Source: a virus (taxonomy: Duplodnaviria; Heunggongvirae; Uroviricota; Caudoviricetes). Taken from it: DNA of 9,209 nt. The DNA lies in IMG/VR virus record IMGVR_UViG_2923307698_000010, one strand, 5' to 3'. The position numbers and the translations under genes were made by a program. Below, one piece after another: positions 1-5,244 of this stretch. Numbering within the stretch: position 1 is the stretch's first letter; each line of letters starts with the position of its first letter. Under the pieces are notes generated by a model, which was given only the letters and a program-made list of their open reading frames with translations, ran no database searches and had not been told where the DNA came from.

Positions 1-327
1 ATGACTAAAAATACTCGTTTTTCCCCTGAAGTCCGTCAACGGGCAGCCCGTATGGTTCTGGAAAGTCAGGGCGAATATGACTCACAATGGGCGACAATTT
101 GTTCCATTGCTCCAAAGATTGGCTGTACGCCGGAGACTCTGCGTGTCTGGGTTCGCCAGCATGAGCGGGATACCGGGGGCGGTGATGGAGGGCTCACCAC
201 CGCTGAACGTCAGCGTCTGAAAGAGCTGGAGCGTGAAAATCGTGAACTGCGCCGCAGTAACGATATCCTTCGCCAGGCTTCCGCTTATTTTGCGAAGGCG
301 GAGTTCGACCGCCTCTGGAAAAAATAA
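1..327 (+). CDS. IS3-family transposase OrfA (HTH DNA-binding subunit), IS629-like
   Basis: 108-aa ORF with an N-terminal HTH and a C-terminal leucine-zipper-like segment ([27 protein letters not shown]); ends in the A-rich frameshift window. Confidence 0.93.
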   Translation: MTKNTRFSPEVRQRAARMVLESQGEYDSQWATICSIAPKIGCTPETLRVWVRQHERDTGGGDGGLTTAERQRLKELERENRELRRSNDILRQASAYFAKAEFDRLWKK

Positions 328-1214
328 TGCCGCTGCTGGATAAGCTGCGTGAGCAGTACGGGGTCGGACCGCTATGCAGCGAACTGCATATTGCCCCGTC
401 AACGTATTACCACTGTCAGCAACAGCGACATCATCCGGATAAACGCAGTGCCCGTGCGCAGCGCGATGACTGGCTGAAGAAAGAGATACAGCGCGTATAC
501 GATGAAAATCACAAGGTATACGGTGTGCGTAAAGTCTGGCGTCAGTTGTTACGGGAAGGTATCAGAGTGGCCAGATGCACTGTGGCACGTCTCATGGCGG
601 TTATGGGACTTGCCGGTGTTCTCCGGGGTAAAAAGGTCCGCACTACCGTCAGCCGGAAAGCCGTTGCCGCATGCGACCGCGTAAACCGTCAGTTCGTGGC
701 AGAACGTCCAGACCAGTTGTGGGTGGCTGATTTTACCTGGGTAAGCACATGGCAGGGCTTCGTTTATGTGGCGTTCATCATTGATGTGTTCGCCGGATAC
801 ATCGTGGGATGGCAGGTCTCATCATCCATGGAAACAACATTCGTGCTGGATGCACTGGAGCAGGCGTTGTGGGCCCGTCGGCCGTCCGGCACAATCCATC
901 ACAGTGATAAAGGTTCTCAGTATGTATCGCTGGCCTACACGCAGCGGCTTAAGGAAGCCGGATTACTGGCATCAACAGGGAGTACTGGCGACTCGTATGA
1001 CAACGCGATGGCGGAGAGCATCAATGGTCTTTACAAAGCGGAGGTAATACACCGTAAGAGCTGGAAAAACCGTGCAGAAGTGGAACTGGCCACACTCACG
1101 TGGGTGGACTGGTATAACAATCGACGATTGCTGGAAAGGCTGGGCCATACTCCCCCGGCAGAAGCAGAAAAAGCTTATTATGCTTCCATCGGAAACGATG
1201 ATCTGGCAGCCTGA
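327..1214 (+). CDS. IS3-family transposase OrfB (DDE catalytic domain), IS629-like
   Basis: 295-aa ORF in the -1 frame relative to orfA, starting in a TAATG overlap. Shows the DDE/rve integrase-core signature (…WVADFTW…HSDKGSQY…DNAMAES…). Confidence 0.93.
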   Translation: MPLLDKLREQYGVGPLCSELHIAPSTYYHCQQQRHHPDKRSARAQRDDWLKKEIQRVYDENHKVYGVRKVWRQLLREGIRVARCTVARLMAVMGLAGVLRGKKVRTTVSRKAVAACDRVNRQFVAERPDQLWVADFTWVSTWQGFVYVAFIIDVFAGYIVGWQVSSSMETTFVLDALEQALWARRPSGTIHHSDKGSQYVSLAYTQRLKEAGLLASTGSTGDSYDNAMAESINGLYKAEVIHRKSWKNRAEVELATLTWVDWYNNRRLLERLGHTPPAEAEKAYYASIGNDDLAA

Positions 1215-2133
1215 GTTCACAGATAAAACACTCTCCAGGAAACCCGGGGCGGTTCAGGTCTTCGCGTTTTTCGGTGTACGTGCTGACGGACGGCGATAAG
1301 CGCAGGGAAAGCTCATCCCATTTTTCCCGCAGCTTCGACGGGCTGAGCACGTTACGGCACCAGAACGGATCGCGACTGACGCGGCTGTACATCTCGCAGA
1401 TTTGTTTATGAGTACGACCATCCTGCACACACATCAGGCGAATTTCGTTTGCCCAGGCTGTCCAGTTCGGTTCTTTGGGACGAACCACCTCGCCGTCACA
1501 TTCGGCGGCATGCTCGTACAGGGCGATGATTTTTTTCCAGAGCCACTGTGCGCAGGTCAAATCATCCTGCGTCCCCCACTGGCGCTTTTTAGGGCTGAAT
1601 ACAACCGCATCAGGATGGCGAGTTAAAAAATCCTGTTCAGCCGTCTGCGTGTCCGGTTGCGAAGAGTCCGGACGAGAAGGTTTTTTATCTGACGGATCAT
1701 GTTTTGATTTTACTGACGGATCCCCGCCAGATTCTGACGGGTGAAAACCCGCTTTTTTGCCAGATTTCGACGCATCAAATTTTGACGGGTCAGATTTTGA
1801 TGCGTCAGATTTTGACGGGTCAGAATCTGACAGTTGAGAAAATGCCGCTGCCTGAAGCTTCGCAACGTTAAGCTGATAAACATTCGACGCATTGCGGTTA
1901 CCCTGGCGACGCGCCTTACGCGTTAACCAGCCTTCTGCTTCCAGCCGTGCGATAGCCGTTCTGACGGTACTCATCCCCGCGCCAATCTGGCGGGCAATGG
2001 TTTCAATCGATGGCCAGCACACACCTTCGTCATTACTGAAATCAGCCAGGCGGGCCATAATTGCCACGCTGGATAATTTCATGCCTGACGCTGCGCAACC
2101 ATCCCATACATAGCCGGTTAATTTAGTGCTCAT
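1096..2133 (-). CDS. Lambdoid replication initiation protein (O-like, N-terminal HTH); 3' end fused into IS629
   Basis: ATG at 2133-2131 with a GAGG ribosome-binding site upstream. N-terminal HTH (…SIETIARQIGAGMSTVRTAIARLEAEGWL…) and an acidic/Ser-Lys linker encoded by the iterons. The ORF crosses the IS boundary at 1257/1256, so the last ~53 codons (1256-1096) are IS-derived and not native. Confidence 0.8.
   Translation of the reverse strand: MSTKLTGYVWDGCAASGMKLSSVAIMARLADFSNDEGVCWPSIETIARQIGAGMSTVRTAIARLEAEGWLTRKARRQGNRNASNVYQLNVAKLQAAAFSQLSDSDPSKSDASKSDPSKFDASKSGKKAGFHPSESGGDPSVKSKHDPSDKKPSRPDSSQPDTQTAEQDFLTRHPDAVVFSPKKRQWGTQDDLTCAQWLWKKIIALYEHAAECDGEVVRPKEPNWTAWANEIRLMCVQDGRTHKQICEMYSRVSRDPFWCRNVLSPSKLREKWDELSLRLSPSVSTYTEKREDLNRPGFPGECFICELRLPDHRFRWKHNKLFLLLPGEYGPAFPAIVDCYTSPPT
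1217..1256. repeat. IS629-like right terminal inverted repeat
   Basis: Sequence GTTCACAGATAAAACACTCTCCAGGAAACCCGGGGCGGTTCA lies immediately after the orfB stop; its reverse complement begins TGAACCGCCCCGGG, the remembered IS629 terminus. Exact boundary may be off by 1-3 bp. Confidence 0.7.
1687..1833. repeat. Iteron array (putative prophage replication origin) inside the replication gene
   Basis: Five contiguous ~15-bp tandem units at 1761-1833 (CAGATTTCGACGCAT / CAAATTTTGACGGGT / CAGATTTTGATGCGT / CAGATTTTGACGGGT / CAGAATCTGACAG), plus three dispersed CTGACGG(A/G)T copies at 1687-1742. Mirrors lambda ori lying within gene O. Confidence 0.6.
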
Positions 2134-2142
2134 GACCGACCT

Positions 2143-2481
2143 CTATTTCCCTGAATTTACGACGAAACTGTTCGAGCGGACTGAAGCACTCATGCTCATA
2201 GCCTTCGCGGAGGTAGATAACCCGTTGTGTTTCCGGTTCCCAACGAATGACTCTGACGGGCACTCCGTAGTGATCTTTGAACCAGCGGTTAACTTGTCGC
2301 AAAGGACTGTCTCCTTCTGCCGGTTGAAATCCCCCACAGCCCACTCTGCAAAGCTGTGGGTTACAATTTCCCTGTCACCTGGTACATTCACTGCATAGCA
2401 ATATTCCACCTTCGCTTTTCCACCCGGTACAGGAAGCGCAATCAGTTGCGAGCGACGGTAGTGTGTTGTTAAACTGTTCAT
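2143..2481 (-). CDS. Hypothetical early-right protein; 3' third probably out of frame (see frameshift finding)
   Basis: ATG at 2481-2479 overlaps the stop of the upstream CII-like gene (ATGA coupling) and has a GGAGA ribosome-binding site. After ~codon 50 the amino-acid and codon usage deteriorate, while the -1 frame (ORF 2123-2344) looks coding and ends 11 nt inside the rep start. Confidence 0.4.
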   Translation of the reverse strand: MNSLTTHYRRSQLIALPVPGGKAKVEYCYAVNVPGDREIVTHSFAEWAVGDFNRQKETVLCDKLTAGSKITTECPSESFVGNRKHNGLSTSAKAMSMSASVRSNSFVVNSGK

Positions 2482-3047
2482 GCGTTAGTTTCTCCACAAC
2501 CAGAAGCAATCGACGCCACGACGCCCGGAGCTGCACACTCGCGGGCGTCATTACTTTCTGAAATGCAAAAGATTTTGTAGACCAGTGCTGCATGCTCCTG
2601 CAGCTTCGAAATTGAGAGATACAGCTCGTCGTTAATTGCTGTCTTCTCATGCGGTTCCACTACACCGTCTTCGATTGCTGAACGAATCTGTTTTGAATAA
2701 CTGCCGATCTGTTCAATGACTTCCAGCAGACGCTGGTTAATATCGGCGTTGTCCACATCCTCGACGTCAGGAAGCGACACAAAGACGCCATTTGCAGACT
2801 GCGCCACAGCATCAGCAATGAAGTGAGTGCCACCAGCACGCTGTAAAACCATTGCCCATCCCAGCGGGAAAATCTGATCGCCATCTGCACGAAGGCGGTT
2901 GAATAAAGCGTTTTCTGTTACATCGAGCCAGTCAGCCGCTTCAGCGTAACCACCCGGCAACGCCGCGATAGTTTTTCTGACAGCTTTCACGTACCACTCA
3001 GGCTGTTTTTCTATTTTCCAGTGATGCTTACCCACGATTAGCCTCAT
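2478..3047 (-). CDS. CII-like lysogeny regulator (YdaT / phage CII CP76-type), HTH plus coiled-coil
   Basis: 189-aa ORF directly downstream of the cro-like gene. N-terminal HTH-like segment ([22 protein letters not shown]) and a helical C-terminal half. An alternative GTG start at 3035 has a better GAGG ribosome-binding site than the ATG at 3047. Family assignment is from memory. Confidence 0.65.
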   Translation of the reverse strand: MRLIVGKHHWKIEKQPEWYVKAVRKTIAALPGGYAEAADWLDVTENALFNRLRADGDQIFPLGWAMVLQRAGGTHFIADAVAQSANGVFVSLPDVEDVDNADINQRLLEVIEQIGSYSKQIRSAIEDGVVEPHEKTAINDELYLSISKLQEHAALVYKIFCISESNDARECAAPGVVASIASGCGETNA

Positions 3048-3078
3048 CGTTCTGTGGTTAAAAATTGAAAGTGTTCTG

Positions 3079-3279
3079 CTAATCTTTCGGATAGATATCC
3101 GGTCTTAAGTCAGATTTCGTAATTGCACCTGACGTGCATTGCTCAAGTTTTTTAGCCAGCACAAAACTGGCTTTTTTATAGCCATTGAAAACCAGCCGTA
3201 AGTAGCCAGGAGTTGAGCCAACTTTTCCGGCCAACTCGCCCTGCTGTTCTTTGGTTAAAGAGTCCCAATACGCTTTCAT
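3079..3279 (-). CDS. Cro-like small HTH regulator (YdaS/Cro family)
   Basis: 66-aa ORF from ATG at 3279-3277 with a GGAGG ribosome-binding site ~8 nt upstream. Divergent from the cI-like gene with operators in between. The longer six-frame ORF to 3582 is rejected because it runs through the operator region and into cI. Confidence 0.7.
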   Translation of the reverse strand: MKAYWDSLTKEQQGELAGKVGSTPGYLRLVFNGYKKASFVLAKKLEQCTSGAITKSDLRPDIYPKD

Positions 3280-3369
3280 ACAATATGTACCTCCGGTGTA
3301 CATATTACATGATTGAAATGAACCTTCAAGATACTTGTACCTTAACGGTACAAGGGTTTTAATTTCGTT
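3280..3369. promoter_or_regulatory. Divergent operator/promoter region (oR-like) between cro-like and cI-like genes
   Basis: Two palindromes with a TGTAC core: ATATGTAC-N7-GTACATAT (3283-3305) and CTTGTACC-ttaac-GGTACAAG (3334-3354). Candidate minus-strand promoter TTGAAG(3329-3324)-16-TAATAT(3307-3302) for cro; candidate plus-strand TTGTAC(3335-3340)-17-TTTAAT(3358-3363) for cI. Confidence 0.55.
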
Positions 3370-4044
3370 ATGAAAACAATCCATGACATCCGGCGGTCTA
3401 ACGCCAGAAAACTGAGAGATGGTGTTGGAGGGAATTCTTCCTTTGCCACTATGATTGATCGCGAGCCAACCCAGACCAGCAGGTTTATGGGAGATGGTGC
3501 TACTAAAAATATCGGTGACAGCATGGCACGACACATCGAAAAATGTTTCGACCTGCCTGTCGGATGGCTCGATCAAGAACACCAGACAACGAACATCACA
3601 AAAAAACCTGATGTTTCAATCACTAATAAACAAATCACATTAGTCCCTGTCATATCATGGGTACAGGCCGGAGCATGGAAAGAAGTTGGATATTCTGAGG
3701 TTGATTTGAGCACAGCAGAAACGTATCCCTGCCCTGTACCCTGTGGGGAAATGACTTATATCTTGCGGGTGATAGGTGATTCAATGATTGATGAGTACCG
3801 CCCGGGAGACATGATTTTTGTCGATCCTGAAGTACCTGCCTGCCACGGTGACGACGTTATTGCATTGATGCACGATACAGGTGAAACCACCTTCAAAAGG
3901 TTGATAGAAGATGGGACACAGCGTTATCTCAAAGCGTTAAACCCAAACTGGCCTGAGCCTTACATTAAGATCAACGGTAATTGCTCTATAATTGGAACTG
4001 TGATTTTCTCAGGAAAACCAAGAAGATACAAAATCAAAGCCTAA
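3370..4044 (+). CDS. CI-type prophage repressor with C-terminal LexA-like S24 autopeptidase domain
   Basis: 224 aa. N-terminal HTH region, an Ala-Gly candidate cleavage site (VQAGAW), a Ser nucleophile in the GDSM motif and a downstream Lys (FKRLIEDG), as in LexA/lambda CI. Confidence 0.88.
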   Translation: MKTIHDIRRSNARKLRDGVGGNSSFATMIDREPTQTSRFMGDGATKNIGDSMARHIEKCFDLPVGWLDQEHQTTNITKKPDVSITNKQITLVPVISWVQAGAWKEVGYSEVDLSTAETYPCPVPCGEMTYILRVIGDSMIDEYRPGDMIFVDPEVPACHGDDVIALMHDTGETTFKRLIEDGTQRYLKALNPNWPEPYIKINGNCSIIGTVIFSGKPRRYKIKA

Positions 4045-4056
4045 TCAATGTTTATG

Positions 4057-4079
4057 AACCTGCTTCGGCAGGTTTTTTT
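4057..4079 (+). terminator. Rho-independent terminator after the cI-like gene
   Basis: AACCTGC-ttcg-GCAGGTT hairpin followed by T7 (4073-4079), 13 nt after the cI stop. Confidence 0.65.
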
Positions 4080-4083
4080 ATAC

Positions 4084-4117
4084 TTGACAATGTACCTATG
4101 AGATACATAATGTACCC
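4084..4117 (+). promoter_or_regulatory. pL-like sigma70 promoter with operator repeats (oL-like)
   Basis: TTGACA (4084-4089), 16-bp spacer, CATAAT (4106-4111). Overlapped by direct repeats AATGTACC (4089-4096 and 4109-4116) and the inverted repeat ATGTA-N9-TACAT (4090-4108), the same TGTAC core as the oR palindromes. Confidence 0.55.
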
Positions 4118-4196
4118 AAGAGAAACAACAAACAGGCAGGACGCCCACGAAGTAGCCGCCTGGGGCATATGAAGTCCAGGATGATTCGTTAGCAAC

Positions 4197-4218
4197 AAAA
4201 AAGCGCCCTACAGGACGC
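4197..4218 (-). terminator. Rho-independent terminator of the convergent minus-strand gene
   Basis: On the minus strand: GCGTCC-tgta-GGGCGC hairpin followed by U6 (plus-strand A-run 4197-4202), ~40 nt after the stop at 4259. Confidence 0.5.
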
Positions 4219-4221
4219 TTA

Positions 4222-4233
4222 GCTCTTTAACAA
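4222..4233 (+). promoter_or_regulatory. boxA-like element (GCTCTTTAACAA) in the pL-proximal transcript
   Basis: 12-nt identity to the remembered rrn boxA core (GCTCTTTAACAA), ~110 nt downstream of the pL-like promoter. No convincing boxB hairpin follows. Confidence 0.3.
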
Positions 4234-4250
4234 TCTGGATATCCACAACA
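4232..4250. repeat. Left copy of 19-bp inverted repeat (AATCTGGATATCCaCAACA) flanking the minus-strand gene
   Basis: Matches the reverse complement of 4793-4811 at 18 of 19 positions; contains the perfect 10-bp palindrome TGGATATCCA. Confidence 0.6.
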
Positions 4251-4258
4251 GTAGTAAT

Positions 4259-4750
4259 CTACAGATTGCCGTTAAGTTTTCTGGACAACTCCTCAATGGA
4301 TGGAGGCGATACGTAATCCGGATTTTTATTCATCAGAAACTTATTTTCACAGTGGAGGCACCTGCTTTTATGAAAAAGCTCATCTTCGCTAACCGGGAAT
4401 GGTTGAAGTATCGATACTATCTTTTGTCCAAAACATTTTGGGCAAAGATGCATGGTTATGCTGCCACCGTTCACGATTACCTCCTTCGAGTATACAAAAG
4501 TACCCGACTCAAGTTGGTTAAGGATATAGCCTTCCGTCTGAGCCTCAAAGTTTTCGAATTCTGCAATTTTAGCTTTGAGAGAAGCATTTATTTCTTGATA
4601 AGAGCCCACCAGTTCAACGAGAGACACGCATTCGCGCTGAATAGACGCAAGCTTTGAGTTCAGCTCACCAATAGCCGCATTTACTTCAGCTTGAGTTTTT
4701 GCCTCGTTCATTAGTTTTGCAATCTGGGCTGTTTCACGAATAGCCGTCAT
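4259..4750 (-). CDS. Hypothetical protein: N-terminal coiled-coil plus C-terminal CxxC…CxxC zinc ribbon; moron-like gene between cI/pL and the early-left operon
   Basis: Start taken at ATG 4750-4748 (alternative GTG at 4774 with an AAGAG ribosome-binding site). Residues upstream to 5038 are Arg-rich, low-complexity and cross the inverted repeat and GC-rich leader, so are judged non-coding. Own terminator at 4197-4218. AT-rich relative to flanks by eye. C-terminal motif CPKC…(20 aa)…CLHC. Confidence 0.6.
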   Translation of the reverse strand: MTAIRETAQIAKLMNEAKTQAEVNAAIGELNSKLASIQRECVSLVELVGSYQEINASLKAKIAEFENFEAQTEGYILNQLESGTFVYSKEVIVNGGSITMHLCPKCFGQKIVSILQPFPVSEDELFHKSRCLHCENKFLMNKNPDYVSPPSIEELSRKLNGNL

Positions 4751-4792
4751 TGCTGCCGTTAATTCAGCGATCACATTGAATACTCTTATTGT

Positions 4793-4811
4793 TGTTGGGG
4801 ATATCCAGATT
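4793..4811. repeat. Right copy of 19-bp inverted repeat (TGTTGgGGATATCCAGATT)
   Basis: Reverse complement of 4232-4250 with one mismatch. Embedded in a 13-bp direct repeat TTGTTGTTGGGGA (4789-4801 and 4822-4834). Confidence 0.6.
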
Positions 4812-5061
4812 AACCGAATCCTTGTTGTTGGGGAATAACCAGGTCCACCTCGCCTGATGTGGCTAAAAGCAGGCACATAACAGCTAAGTATTTTCAACCA
4901 GAGAGAATCCTTAGCGTTGTGGTGAATGCGGCTCAGCGCACGCGGGTTAAGGTTGAGGCTGACAGTCGACCTTCTGTGGATACCCACCCGCCTGGTGTGC
5001 AACCTTCGCCAGGCACCGGGAGGCACCCGGCACCACAAGTTTATGCTGTGTGTAGTCCTGG

Positions 5062-5107
5062 CGGTACCAGTTTGTACCCTTGCTTCCGGCTGGTACCGTC
5101 CTTTTTT
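5062..5107 (+). terminator. Intrinsic terminator in the leader upstream of yfdP
   Basis: 9-bp stem CGGTACCAG (5062-5070) / CTGGTACCG (5090-5098) with a 19-nt loop, followed by T6 (5102-5107). Confidence 0.55.
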
Positions 5108-5244
5108 GCAAAACAGAGAAGAGCATCACCGGACGACGGGCTCATAACCCAATCCATCCGGGCGGCTGCCACCGCAGGTGTTCTTCTCTGTTTTGTGGAG
5201 AAACCAACCGACCTTGCAGGGTCGATATGATGAGGAGCAGCAAA

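Larger units (their letters stand above)
1..1256 (+). mobile_element. IS3-family insertion sequence (IS629/IS1203-like), left end cut by the window edge
   Basis: orfA (1-327) and orfB (327-1214) are arranged in the -1 frame overlap typical of IS3-family elements, with an A6 run at 319-324 at the overlap. The right end reads ...CCCGGGGCGGTTCA and finishes with CA at 1256, as expected for a TG...CA terminus. Both protein sequences are recognised from memory as IS629 OrfA/OrfB. Confidence 0.9.

Noticed and set aside
319-327. A6 run at the orfA/orfB overlap as something unusual
   Set aside because: This is the expected programmed -1 frameshift window of IS3-family transposases, not a lesion.
82-402. 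106-aa minus-strand ORF antisense to IS orfA
   Set aside because: Lies wholly within and antisense to a recognisable transposase gene; no ribosome-binding site and a low-complexity product, so it is a typical shadow ORF.
502-1220. Alternative-frame ORFs inside orfB (502-684 +, 766-1047 +, 972-1220 -)
   Set aside because: They overlap the DDE transposase frame, which clearly encodes an IS3-family OrfB; the products are Trp/Arg/Cys-rich and implausible.
1687-1833. Possible CRISPR array, because of regular short direct repeats
   Set aside because: The repeats are contiguous ~15-bp tandem units with no unique spacers and sit in-frame inside a replication-protein gene, so they are iterons, not CRISPR repeats.
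1402-2113. Plus-strand ORFs (1402-1626, 1475-1744, 1892-2113) and minus-strand ORF 1710-1892 within the rep gene
   Set aside because: All are embedded in or antisense to the replication initiator frame; 1710-1892 is simply the iteron repeats read in another frame (repetitive LTRQN product).
2126-2398. 90-aa plus-strand ORF opposite the frameshifted early gene
   Set aside because: Antisense to two better-supported minus-strand frames; no start context; the minus-strand genes show translational coupling.
2375-2890. Minus-strand ORFs 2375-2650 and 2660-2890 in alternative frames of the CII-like gene
   Set aside because: Out-of-frame overlaps of the 189-aa CII-like ORF, which has the HTH and the coherent operon position.
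3280-3582. N-terminal extension of the cro-like ORF (six-frame ORF 3079-3582, 167 aa)
   Set aside because: The extension would run through the operator/promoter region and overlap the first 70 codons of cI on the opposite strand. The internal ATG at 3279 has a GGAGG ribosome-binding site and gives a typical ~66-aa Cro-size protein.
3342-3643. Small ORFs 3342-3536 (-) and 3455-3643 (+) overlapping cI
   Set aside because: Alternative-frame or antisense overlaps of a well-supported S24-type repressor gene.
3981-4172. 63-aa plus-strand ORF spanning the cI 3' end, terminator and pL-like promoter
   Set aside because: It crosses a terminator hairpin and a promoter and overlaps cI out of frame; more likely regulatory DNA than coding sequence.
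4233-4246. boxB-like hairpin partner for the boxA-like element
   Set aside because: TGGATATCCA is a perfect palindrome with no unpaired loop of the GAAAA or GAAGA type, so it does not resemble a lambda-type boxB; reported only as part of the inverted-repeat finding.
4352-4657. 101-aa plus-strand ORF antisense to the orphan gene
   Set aside because: The minus-strand frame has the terminator and the coiled-coil/zinc-ribbon architecture; the plus-strand product is a low-complexity, AT-driven Lys/Phe/Leu-rich reading.
4751-5038. N-terminal 96 codons of six-frame ORF 4259-5038
   Set aside because: Arg/Pro-rich low-complexity translation that crosses the 19-bp inverted repeat, the direct repeats and the GC-rich leader; the start was placed at the internal ATG 4750 (or GTG 4774).
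5080-5244. Upstream extension of yfdP (six-frame ORF starting at 5080)
   Set aside because: The extension starts inside the terminator/inverted-repeat structure and has no ribosome-binding site, while ATG 5245 has a GAGGA site at optimal spacing and gives the expected 120-aa product.
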